DNA of 64,000 nt, taken from the NCBI GenBank assembly GCA_964234715.1, contig OZ174279.1; one strand, 5' to 3'. Of this stretch, positions 52,498 to 64,000 are shown piece after piece. This DNA is from Podarcis melisellensis. Its lineage: Eukaryota. The notes under the pieces were generated by a model. That model was given only the letters and a program-made list of their open reading frames with translations. It did not search any database and had not been told where the DNA came from. Numbering within the stretch: the stretch's first letter is position 1; each line of letters starts with the position of its first letter. The position numbers and the translations under genes are program-made.

Positions 52498-54042
52498 CAG
52501 TGTTTCCCAACCTTTTTTGGGCAAAGGCACACTTGTTTCATGAAAAAAATCTCGAGGCACACCACCATTAGAAAATGTTTTAAAAATTAACTGTGTGCCT
52601 ATATTGACTATATATAAAGTAACTCTCTTTAATAGGCATCAAATAAACACAAAGAAAGTATTTTATAATTACTTTATTATGAAATAGGACGCACCTACTT
52701 TTTTGGGGGGGGGAAATAAAGGAAAATTTTTTCCCTTTATTTCCCCCCCCCAAAACCAGGCCGGGGAACAGTGGGATGGCGGTGCTGTGCCTCCCCGCTG
52801 TCCCCCGAGCTTGTGGGGCTGGCCCATGTCTGCCTGGCGCGAGGGGCGCTCTGCTTCAGGGCGCCCCGCGCGTCGGGCGGCAGGCTACAGTCCGCAGCAT
52901 GGGGAACCCTCTGTTTCAGGGCGCCCCACGCGCCCCCGGGTGCGCAAGGCTTGCCAACACGAGCGCGGAGCACGGGGCATCCTCCGAAGGGCGCCCCGTG
53001 CTCCACGCTGCCAGCTGCCGCCCGCAAGCCTTGCGCTCTCGGGGGGGAGATCCCCCGGGGGCGCAAGGCTGGCCAACACCAGCGCGGAGCACGGGGCATC
53101 CTCCAAAGGGCGCCCCATGCTCCGCACTGCCAGCTGCCGCCCGCAAGCCTTGCGCTCTCGGGGGGAGATCCCCCGGGTGCGCAAGGCTTGCCGACACCAG
53201 CACGGAGCACGGGGCGTCCTCCAAAGGGCGCCCCGTGCTCCGCGCTGCCAGCTGCCGCCCGCAAGCCTTGCGCTCTTGGGGGGGAGATCCCCCGGGGGCG
53301 CAAGGCTGGCCAACACCAGCGCGGAGCACGGGGCGTCCTCCAAAGGGCGCCCCGTGCTCCGCGCTGCCAGCTGCCGCCCGCAAGCCTTGCGCTCCTGGAG
53401 GGAGATCCCCCGGGTGCGCAAGGCTTGCCAACACCAGCGCGGAGCACGGGGCGGCCTCCGAAGGGCGCCCCGTGCTCCGTGCTGCCGCCCGCAAGCCTTG
53501 CGCTCCCGCCGCCCGCCTCGCCCGCCTCCCTCCCACGGCACACCAGGCAAAGAGCGCCCCGTGCTCCGCGCTGCCAGCTGCCGCCCGCAAGCCTTGCGCT
53601 CTCGGGGGGAGATCCCCCGGGTGCGCAAGGCTTGCCGACACCAGCGCGGAGCACAGGGCGTCCTCCAAAGGGCGCCCCGTGCTCCGCGCTGCCAGCTGCC
53701 GCCCGCAAGCCTTGCGCTCTCGGGGGGAGATCCCGCGGGTGCGCAAGGCTTGCCGACACAAGCGCGGAGCACGGGGCGTCCTCCGAAGGGCGCCCCGTGC
53801 TCCGCGCTGCCAGCTGCCGCCCGCAAGCCTTGCGCTCCTGGGGGGAGATCCCCCGGGTGTGCAAGGCTGGCCAACACCAGCGCGGAGCACGGGGCGGCCT
53901 CCGAAGGTCGCCCCGTGCTCCGTGCTGCCGCCCGCAAGCCTTGCGCTCCCGCCGCCCGACTCGCCCGCCTCCCTCCCACGGCACACCAGGCAACGTCTCG
54001 CGGCACACTAGTGTGCCGCGGAACACCGGTTGGGAAACACTG
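52498..54042. mobile_element. Non-autonomous hAT (Charlie-like) element
   Basis: Perfect 15-bp TIRs CAGTGTTTCCCAACC and GGTTGGGAAACACTG; perfect 8-bp TSD CTCTAGAT (52490-52497 and 54043-54050). Confidence 0.93.
52931..53992. repeat. GC-rich minisatellite, ~118-bp unit, ~8.5 copies, each unit self-complementary
   Basis: GAT-CCC unit starts at 53049, 53167, 53286, 53404, 53611, 53729 and 53847, plus a first unit near 52931. Confidence 0.95.
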
Positions 54043-54164
54043 CTCTAGATAGTACTTCATAAAAGCTCTTACTGTGTCTAGCTGATTAACAATAACCCCA
54101 CTGATGGTTTGATCCATTTTTCTTGCACAATCTAACTTGTAGGGTCTCACAACCACATCCAATA

Positions 54165-54406
54165 CAGTGGTACCTCGGGTTAAGTACTAAATTCATTCCG
54201 AAGGTCCGTTCTTAACCAGAAACTGTTCTTAACCTGAAGCACCACTTTAGCTAATGGGGCCTCCTGCTGCCGCCACACTGCCGGAGCACAATTTCTGTTC
54301 TCATCCTGAAGCAAAGTTCTTAACCTAAAGCACTCTTTCTGGGTTAGCGGAGTCTGTAACCTGAAGCGTATGTAACCTGAAGCATATGTAACCCGAGGTA
54401 CCACTG
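54165..54406 (-). mobile_element. Tigger/pogo-like MITE, opposite orientation
   Basis: TA-CAGTGGTACCTCGGGTTAA ... TAACCCGAGGTACCACTG-TA; reverse complement of 51910-52150. Confidence 0.9.
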
Positions 54407-56759
54407 TATACAACTGGACCTCATTTCCAGCCCACTTATCCCATCCTTGAGAAACAAACATTCAGTGGCCTCAGCAACCATCAAGTCCTTGCTGATCATT
54501 TCATGCACTGAAATTCGGTATTGATAGTTCTTGTCAAGATGGATTCTACATCCCGAGGTTGTATTAAACGAACCTTTACTTGGAGCAGACACATTGAAAT
54601 TTATGACCATGACTAATTTAGATCTATTAATTTCAGTGGGCCTGTTCTGAGTAAAAGTTGATTGACTATTATTCAAATTCCTATGCTTAGTGTATCAAAA
54701 ATCAACAGCTAGACCTACCTTGTTTCCCAAGACAAATCAGTGAATGTTTCTAATGACCAACTGAATTACCCAAAGATTGGAAATATTCTTTTTCTCTTTG
54801 ATCAGAATACTGTGTGCTCATATCAAACACTTAATAGTAAGCTATCTCCGCCAACCACCAATCCCCTAAAAACCCCTGCTTTCAGATGTACAGTATGTGT
54901 AGAATATGGCTTAATCCATCCATAAACTGGGGTGGCTAACGTTTTTTGAACCAAGAGTTTATTAGCCTGTGTGTGGCCAAAGTGCAAAAAGTGGGTCCTG
55001 TAATTTCATTTTTAAAATATGAACTATATATATATATATATATTTAAAAAATAGGTCCTCCTCTGTCTTGGGTGGAGTGGAGGCACAAAATCCCATACAT
55101 GAGCAGACTGTTAATTTAAATAAGAAGAAAAAATGGGATGTTGCTTGGGGGACAGCTAAAATACTTTCAGCGTCATGGGATCATTGTGGGGTACTCCCTG
55201 AAGTGATCTTTAAAAAAAGAAAGAAAGAAAAGATTATTTTATTATTATTATTATTGAAAATGACAGATTTTTTTGGGGGGTAGGGGTGACAAAAGCTCTT
55301 TTTTTGAGGGGAGGAGAAAAATAAACCTTTTTGAGTGTTAATTTTTTTATTTCGCCTCTATAGCTCACCCACAACATGCTCCGGGGCCTGCATCTGCCTC
55401 TTGCATGCCAAGAGCTCCATCTTTTTGCCAGAATTATCCTTTGTCCCATTTTTAATTCCCACAACAACAGTTGCAAGCCCCAAACAAAAAGAGTGGCAAC
55501 CAAACACTTGAGCTTGCATGACAACGGCTGTGGCTGCCCACTCCAAAACACTCACAAATTGAAATTGCATTGATAGAGGCTTGTTAACAAGGGTAAAGAC
55601 AGGGTCATGTTTAAGAGTTAAGGCTGTTGTGTACAAGAGCAAAAATGATCTGCCTGCATCTCAGATATAAAACAACTTGTAATCTGAAAGCATCTGAAAT
55701 TTTATGTTTTATGATAGCTGTGTTTTATGAAGGTTTAAGAGCACTGAGAACCGAGAACTGAAACACATGTACTGTGGTTAGCAAATCCATATTCAGCAAG
55801 ATTTAGATCCCAGGAAAGAAAGGAGAAGACCTTCGAACCTGACTTCGACTTTCTACACTTGATGGTGTCTGAGAGTGAAATGGATCTAAGAACAACATTT
55901 GGACTATCAGTGTGTAAATTTACAAGAACAGCGGCTGTTGGTTTGCTGAAAGAAACTGGATGTTATGTTAATAAGAAACGTTTTAGGGAAAGATGCATGT
56001 AAACCTTAATCTCTTCATAAATATTTGACAATGAAAATGTTGCACTTTTCAGGGATTTCAAAGCATTTGTCTGCAGCGCTCAAGTGGGGGAAATGTAGAG
56101 CAGCTCTCTGCTAAATATGTATCTGCTGGCAGGTACGAATCAGGCCACCAAATCTCTGACGTTTTTGGGTTTTGCCTTAAAGGCAGATGAAGTCTGAAAG
56201 ACCCTTGAGGCTGAGATGAGCTGCAGGTCATAATGGAAATCAAGCCTTTGATCAGCTAGTAAAAGCTGTGTGAACACCAATTTCATATGGTAGGTGACTT
56301 CTCCCAGATACTTTGTCTATCTGCTATCTTTCATCTCTTTCAAAAGAATTCGCTTCCACTGCTAATCTTGTTAAAATGTATAAGCAGGAGAGCCGAACAA
56401 CTACAGTAACTAGTGACTCTATGTTTGGAAGTGTATCGACCCACAGAATTTGCTGATTTGGAAAGAAGATTCTGAGAATTTTAAAAGCAGTCCCCTTTTC
56501 TTGGAGAACTGTCACTTTTATTTTGGAAGGTATGACTTGGAGCTGTGCTGAAAACCCCAATTTGAAACTTTTTTGGAGACATTTGGGAGCTGGAGGGGAA
56601 GAGAAATAATAGTTTTCAAGGGCAGGAGAAAATAATCATGTATGTCAGGATCAAGGGACTTGTGTTTCAGAAGCTTGTCCTCCTCTTCCCACCTTTTTAA
56701 AAAAAGGTTATTGCAGCTGTGGCAGACAACTGCAACACCCTCTTTTCACGGCACAGAGA

Positions 56760-57195
56760 TAATTGTGGCATCTACGCTGGTTTAGCCATGTCCACAGAAT
56801 GGAAGATGGCAGGATATCCAAGGACGTGCTCTATAGGGAACTGGCTTTAGACACTAGGCCTGTTGGCAAATCAACTCAGCGTCATGACGATGTCTGCAAA
56901 TGTGACATGAAGGATGGCAAGATGGGGATCTCTTGCAGACTATCACAGTGCCTGGAGACAGACAGTCATGTCTTGTATCCACAGCAGTGACCACAGGAGA
57001 AATGACCGCTGGGAGGAGCACTGAGAGAAGAAACACCATGATGCACATGTAGCATCTAAACTGGATGCCTTCAACTGCCCTACCTGCAATAATGCATGAC
57101 TCTCCCCTATTGGCCTCTACAGCCACAACTGGCAACTCTCCAATGGTTTGAATTTATCACCGATGGTGCACTCTTCCATTGTTTCCTGAGACAAT
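56760..57195 (+). mobile_element. RTE/BovB-related LINE 3' fragment
   Basis: Peptide LRWFSHVHRMEDGRISKDVLYREL...RPVGK (RTE ORF C-terminal motif), followed by a decayed Cys/His region and 3' UTR. Confidence 0.82.
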
Positions 57196-59739
57196 GCTAG
57201 CGATGTTAATGCAGAGTCCTTATCTCTTTGAAGAGTCTATAGAATGAACCTCTTAATATTATTAACAAGGCCCAGGTGTTATGCAATTAGTGAACAGCGG
57301 ATGGGAAGAACAGTAGCTTCAGGCAGAGCTGGGCCAGAGAGACAACATACAGCCGTTCGGTCCAATTTCCATCATAAATGTTGATCCCAGCTCAATTTCC
57401 CCCCTTCAGCAGAAACTGCAGGTTTGAAGCGGCACAAGAGGAAACACCCCAGAAGACAATTAGAAGCTTTTTATGTGGTGTTTGTGTGTGTGTTGTTAAT
57501 GAGATTGCAGTGGGGAGTTAGCAAAGTAAAGATGTTTTTTTACATAAACGTTTGGAACAATGCAGACACAGTAGTAAAAATATTATGTTCACACAGGCAC
57601 ACACACATGTTATGTAGTGCAGCTGGCAAAAAAAAAAAAGCTCAATATTTCTTACTCCCAGTTCACCTTCTCTTGGGTCTAAGTGAGAATCAGCATTCAT
57701 ATCCAATCTGCTTTCTTCATTTTTAACCCCTTTGGCATGACTCTTACTGCTGCTTTCTCTGACAATTGTGCAGTTCTTAATGGGCTTAGAACTTATGATA
57801 GGGGGGGGAAATACCACTATCCAAAAAACCCAAAACAAAAATCCAAGTTACACAGTGACGAGGGAACTAAAGACCTATACCTGAGTTTTTCTCCTCTTCC
57901 CTCTCAATCCATTTGCCTTTTGTGTCATGTCTTTAAGCTTGAACTTGGAAATGGTCTCTCCCCCCCCTTTTAATGATCTGTAAGCTGCTCTGAAAGCCTT
58001 TGTCTGGAGAGCATGATAAAACTACTTTTAATAATAATGTATTTTATTTGTATTAATTCAGAAGCACATTTTAATGATTGCAGGTTAGCTTCCTTCAAGT
58101 GTTTTGTTTAGACTGTTCCTTCCTAGAGTACTTTGCTTGAATAATAAGGCAGCTTCCACCCCTGCTTCTAAGATCATCTCCAGTACAACAAATGTCACTG
58201 TTAAAAGAATGTCTCAAAGAGCACAAATCTTTAGAGTTCTAACTTTTCTTTTGTATGTTGTTTAGTATCGAGCCATTATGACAATTGTATTTGCATAAAA
58301 TAATGAAGCCTTTTCAAGCCATGCCCATCTGCAGCTCCACATAATGTATGAAACAGCTAAAACTTATGAAAGGAAAATAAATTGCTTCAGCACACAAGAA
58401 GAAAATTGTGAATGGGAACATGTCTATTGACTGAATGGTCTCAGAATTTTGTATTCTGAGACTATGTCCCATTTAAGGAAATGAACTTTTCATCTTGATT
58501 CAGTTGCAGATGAAGAGGCAAAATGAACTAATTTTCAAAGAAAGGAGGGAGGATAACCTGGCTAATCCAGTTTTTCACACATTTCACTTCTCAGAAATCA
58601 AAGGCAGGAACAAGGTAATCAGTATCGACCTAATAAATTTAGAACCTTACGTACCATTCCTAAAGAAACACTGTAATGAAAGAATTGATGTGAAATTTTG
58701 CTGGGTGAGTGGAAAAAAGAATGGAGCTTTTACATGTTCTGGTGTCACCACTGTACAATTTTAGGCACCAGGCAAAAACATTCCTATTCACCCAGGCTTA
58801 TGGATTTTAATTGGGAGGGTAATTAGATATGTCAGTGGCATTTGGTGTGCTTATCCTTTATGTGGGGTGGGTGAGACTTGTTCCTTTAAAATACATTATC
58901 ACAAGAATGCTTATGTTCTGAGAACTGCTTTTATCATATCTATGCTACTGATTTAAAGCATACATGGTTGGTTAACATCCAGTCCCCTCAAGTTCACTTT
59001 TCCTGGCACTCCAAGCCCAATTCCATTTCGGTGACTGGCAAAAAGAAAGAAAAAAGTAAGTTGCCACAGCACTGGGGCACATGGAAAGGCTTAAATCTCT
59101 CCATCTAACACAGCAACCTGATGGGCCTACAAATTTTCCCCTTCCCAGGTTATCATCCATTGTGCAGAGACAATATTTTTCCTCAGCTTTCTGCACAGAT
59201 CAACTTGAGATGGTGGGGCTACGTGCCTACATGTGTGTCCTGGATGTGTGTGCAAGAGTGAAGGTGGCCACAATTATAGTTGGCTGCACTCATCACCACT
59301 AGCATGTGGCCCCCCAAGGAGTTGGCCAAAGGTGAATGTGGCTCTCAGATAAGAAAATATTAGCCACACCTGATATGGCACCTAAATGTGTGAATAGACT
59401 TCACATGATTAAATGGGCAGTAGGGTCATGTCCCTGAGGTCACATGGTTACCTGACCCTTCCTTTAATCTGGATCACCACACACTTGTCCCCACAATGTG
59501 AACACACAGCTAAGAAATGAATTCTGGTTTGGCAGTTTCCCATCTCCTGTAGTCAAGGTCTACAAACATAGGCTTTGCCAGTTGAAACATCCGCACTAAG
59601 CTATCCAGTCATTTTCTGTACTAAAAGGTGCAGGATAAACACCCTCACAAAGTGGCTGATAGAAAATAGTAATAAAACATATAAATACAACCGTTTAAAA
59701 TGCACAATTGCATTCCTTTGAATTGAGCAGCAATTAATA

Positions 59740-60885
59740 AAAAGTGTTTAAAAAATCTTAAGGGTTCTTTTAAACGTCCCTAATGACAGAACCATGCATA
59801 CTTCATAGGGATCAAGTTCCATAAATATGGCCCACCACTGAAAAGAACTTGCCCCCGGTACCCATCAGCTTAGCCGTTCTTAACAATGGACAACAAGCTG
59901 ATATCATCATCATCATCAATCTTTATTACGGTCCAGAGACCCAACAAATCATTACAAAGCAATACACAATTCATACAACCTACCTCCAGGTTAAACAAGC
60001 ATTTTGTTCAGAATATAGGGATCATTTGTTCTTGCAACCACCGATAAAACTTTGCCACTACTAATGTTATAGCATTTGTCCGGTCTTCCAATAGGAACCT
60101 GACATAGTGAGCCTCTGATTTTCCTGGGAAAGGTACCAGCAAGGGTAGTGCTGATATTATCACTCAGATAGGCTCATACAAATGCAGGCAGTCCTTCAGC
60201 TAACTGCATCCCAAAGCGCTTAGGGCTTCAAACTCCAAGCCCAGCACTTGAAATAGACCTCAGAAACAAATCAGCAGCCAGCAGCGCAGGCTAGGCGTAA
60301 AACCTTTTTAGCATTGGGCTCCTACATTCTTCCTGTTGGATTCATCACCACTGAAAATTTCTGAAGCATTTTTAAAGGCAGCCCCACACAAAGTGCATTA
60401 CACTAATCTAGTCAGGGTATAGGTATAGGGATGCAGCTGACAAACTACTGAAACTTGTAAAGAACACTCCTGGCCGCTGATGCCACCCACACGTCCATCA
60501 ACAGCATTGAGCCGAGGAGGACTCCAAGACTATGTTCTTGACTCTTCCAGGGGAGTGCAATGCCCTCCAGAGCAAGATGGCCTCCTTCATATGAATGGAT
60601 TTCCTGGTGCACAGATCTTCCATTGTGACAGACATTGACTTCAACTGGTTTTCCTTCATTCATCCCCAAATAGCTTCCAGGCATCTGTTCAGAACTGCCC
60701 CTCTTCTTGATATGATGTGAATGACACATGACGCAGTGGAGGGTCACATGCAGAATCAGTCCTAGCCACAATATCCTGCCACATAGGAGCAAGACCAATA
60801 ACAGGGCTGAGGTGGAGGCTACAGGGAGTTAAGAAGGTTTCATTTGCAAGGGCAGATGTCACCAGGGGAAGACGCAGTCCCATCC
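59740..60885 (-). mobile_element. Decayed L2 LINE, interrupted at 59910-60149
   Basis: Minus-strand peptide LEGIALPWKSQEHSLGVLLGSMLLMDVWVASAARS resembles L2 ORF2. Confidence 0.7.
59910..60149 (-). mobile_element. 5'-truncated LINE 3' end with (GAT)n tail
   Basis: Minus strand ends ggaccgtaataaagattgatgatg; 13-bp TSD GCTGATAT(C/T)ATCA at 59897-59909 and 60150-60162. Confidence 0.65.
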
Positions 60886-61814
60886 CAATAGTGCTCTCAG
60901 ATCAGTGCATCACTTTGTTTTCACTCATATATGTGAATGACTGCAGTTTCTTCTTATTTATTATTTAGAATAAGAATGAACTGCAGAAATTCGCGTGCAA
61001 GAAGTCCTTGCTCTTCACAGACAACTGTGTTTCCACCCATATGCTTTTCTGCCAGATCTTAGACAGGGAAAGGTAAATCTATTTCCTTGAGGATAATGTT
61101 ACAGTGGGGGGAAACCTTGACATGAAGGGATATGTAAATCCACCCTTCACTTCCCACTCATGTACAGGCAAATGTTCCCTCTCCTGTACAATTTACCAAC
61201 ACAGTTGCTGTCAGTATGAATTTGGGTTCCCATGCCCGGTTCCTTGATAAGCCTTTTCAGACTTGGGAAATGCAGGACTCACAGTGCATTGCCATAGACG
61301 GAATCCATTCCGTCCTAAATATCAGCTATGTTTTGTTTGCTTTGGCTCCAGAAAATAGCCAGATGAACCCAGCATCTTTGAAGATGTTTGTTAAAGCTAA
61401 GCAGGTTTTTACCTGGCTCACAGCTTGGATGGAAGATGACCTGGGAGGCCCATGCAATAAATAAATAAAAACAAATGACTGACTTTTATAGATTTCCTAT
61501 AAAGTTAATGTTGTTTAAACCTTCCTAGAAACATTATCGAAGTAAATATATGTGACTTGTCTCTTTGAACTAAAAACATGATGCAATTTGCAGGACAAAT
61601 CCTGTTAACTCTATTCCTTCGGATAAGCCACCTTAACTGCTCCTCATCACGTATCAGCGCAGTGAGTAAGCTAAGAATTAAATTATTTAAACATTCTCTG
61701 TTACAGTACTATGGAAATATTGGGGAATTCTAGTGAAAGGAGCATTTTGTTGCCATTAAATGAATGCATTTATTTTTCAATTATCTAAAAAAGAAGGCAC
61801 CTTAATAATGTTTT

Positions 61815-62156
61815 CATACCCTCCAACGTTTCTCCGATGAAAATAGGGATGCCCCATTCCATAATGATACTTTTACTATTTACTATTTACACATCTTACT
61901 GGGTTGCCCCAGCCACTCTGAGCAGCTTCCAACATATATAATAATAAAACATTAAATATATATATTTAAAATCCCTGTACAAGATTGCCTTCAGATAACT
62001 TGGGGGGTTGGATAACTCCATACATTTCAACATTTCTCTAATGAAAATAGGGGACATCCTAAGGAAAAGTGGGGCATTCTGGGATTAAATCAGAAACCAG
62101 GACAGCTTCTCTAAATCAGGGACATCCCTGGAAAATAGGGACACTTGGAGGGTCTG
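61815..62156. mobile_element. Composite MITE with duplicated left end and internal L2-like tail
   Basis: TIR-like CATACCCTCCAA and TTGGAGGGTCTG; left end repeated at ~62019; repeated AAAATAGGGA motifs. No convincing TSD. Confidence 0.6.
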
Positions 62157-63794
62157 CATTTTCTAAAATAACATTTTCATGTTAACAAGACAAGACAAGA
62201 AAAAAAATTCATTCATACTAGTTATGTCCTATATTGTGAAAACTGTGAGCTACCACCATACTAAATCTTTAATTAAAACAACCCAAACACAGTCAGTAAT
62301 ATATTTCATGCTATCAGTCCCATACAATCAACTGAGAGTTCCTGTATTGTTTCAATGAAATACAGCAAAGATAGAAAAGTTTTAACGACAAAATTAAAGT
62401 GTAGCCCTCCACGAGTCTAACCTAGAAGCAAGAACCAACCATTGTTCTTGTGAGATAATTCTTCAGAGTCCCACAGAGATTATTGTGAGATAATTCTTCA
62501 GAGTCCCACATAGAACAACACTATATTTGTCAGCAATTAACAGGGATGGAATGAGGTAACTGTATTTCGAAACAAAGGAAAGTGCCTTATACCAAGATAG
62601 ACCATTGGTCCAACTAGCTCAGTATTGTCTGCACTGACTGTCAGAAGCTCCAAGGTTGTAGAGGGAGGAACAAAAGAAATTCCAGTCCAGCATCCTGTTC
62701 TCACAATGGCCAACAAGACACCTGTGGCAAGCCTGAAAACAGAACCTGAGCAACAGCAATCTTCCCATTTGTGATTCCCAGAAACTGGCATTCCCTGTCC
62801 TATCCCTATGGAAATGCCAGGAATTGAATCACCAGCAACCCTCTGCATGCAGAGCCGATGCTTTGACAGTGAGCTATAGTCCTTACTTGAAAGGGGAGGG
62901 ATAGATTTGTTGCAGGGGGATTCCATTGGCTGCTCTTTCAAAAATATAGAATATACCACTATATGCTTCAGCTCTGGGGAATGATACAACTATAATGTTA
63001 CAGCAGTGTTCACAAAATGGTAGCAGAAGACCTTTGCACTTAGAATTACATGAGAGCTATGAAAATACCTCTCCAATCTCAGTAGACAAAATGTGTGAGC
63101 CGAGACCTGTCTTGTCAAAGAAATTAGGCATGCCACACAAGAGACCAGCCTGTACAAATGCTTTAGAAACCTACTATGCATGCCACAAACAGTTACATAC
63201 CATAACTAGCCATTTCAGCCTCTGGTTTACAGGAATTAGCTTCCCAGATTAAAATATTGAAGCAGATATAAGAGAAGGCAGTCTTCTTTTTTCCTTCTTT
63301 ACATCTGCCAGGCATCTTCCTAATTCCTCTTTCCCAAGCCTCTCATACAATATGTTAAAAATAAACAATTTAAACCATCCAACTTAAATACACTGCTTAC
63401 TATCCACTGGGAACTCTTGTTGTTGTCAAGACTAAAGAATCTGTTCTAAGCACTCATGTCACTTACAGCTGTCTGTTCTGATGAAAATGGATACAAAGAT
63501 GTTTTGCCAGTCAAGTCTTCTATTGCATCACAATTCATTCTGGGATGAGATGCTTATGCACAGAAGTAAAATACCTTTAAAACTACCAGTTCTGTGCATT
63601 TATCACCAAAGCAGGAAACAACCATCTCTCCCACCATTTTGGTTCTAAGATTCTCAGCTGCCTTAGGCACCCTCCTGCAAATGACATACATGTTTCCTTC
63701 CATTAGCAGATAAGCAAAATAAGTAAGTTATAGAAGACCAGGTAATTGGTTGTTTACTATAATTTTATCTTGCTTTACAGACAGTTACTTCTCA

Positions 63795-63837
<43 letters not shown>
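63795..63837. repeat. (ATT)n microsatellite
   Basis: Direct reading of the sequence. Confidence 0.95.
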
Positions 63838-63838
<1 letters not shown>

Positions 63839-64000
63839 TATGCCACTGAGCTTACAACTAAAAAGGCAGGAAAACACAAAAGAAGAGAATGAGAGTGGAG
63901 GGAAGAGAAAGAGAAGGGAGACCAGCTCTTTAAGGCCAGAACAAAGTGCTGAGCCATAAGCATTTATATTCCAATTGGTCCTTGCTGATCTTCTCGTGCT

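Noticed and set aside
52931-53992. CRISPR-like palindromic repeat array
   Set aside because: No unique spacers, the unit is far too long, there are no cas genes, and the context is a vertebrate transposon.
52703-54162. Six overlapping 356-449 aa ORFs
   Set aside because: All six frames are open because the 118-bp GC-rich repeat lacks stop codons. The period is not a multiple of 3, so the same peptide words cycle through the frames. The repeat lies inside a non-autonomous hAT.

Overview
Vertebrate genomic DNA, most likely a lacertid-type lizard (Sauria/POM-type SINE, Squam-like SINEs, squamate L2/CR1/RTE fragments). No intact protein-coding gene is supported: the long ORFs are GC-rich repeat or CpG-island artefacts or decayed transposon ORFs. 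A CpG island (~24.1-26.0 kb) looks like the promoter and first exon of a minus-strand gene I cannot name. Further candidate 5'-UTR exons lie at 23118-23218, 4313-4539 and 2091-2183, and the CDS would lie to the left of the window. The rest is intron or intergenic DNA dense in mobile elements. The most notable observations are: (i) two palindromic Penelope-like remnants carrying five minimal type-I hammerhead ribozyme motifs, two of them in tandem 364 nt apart (retrozyme-like geometry); (ii) a hAT element filled with a 118-bp GC-rich minisatellite in which every unit is a long hairpin; (iii) a 1.68-kb ORF-less L1/Tx1-like element with both ends and a 17-bp TSD; (iv) an internally deleted DD34E Tc1; (v) a solo LTR inside a (GATA)n tract; (vi) a cluster of Tigger-like MITEs. 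There is a 161-N assembly gap at 43020-43180. All family names come from pattern recognition, not database searches.
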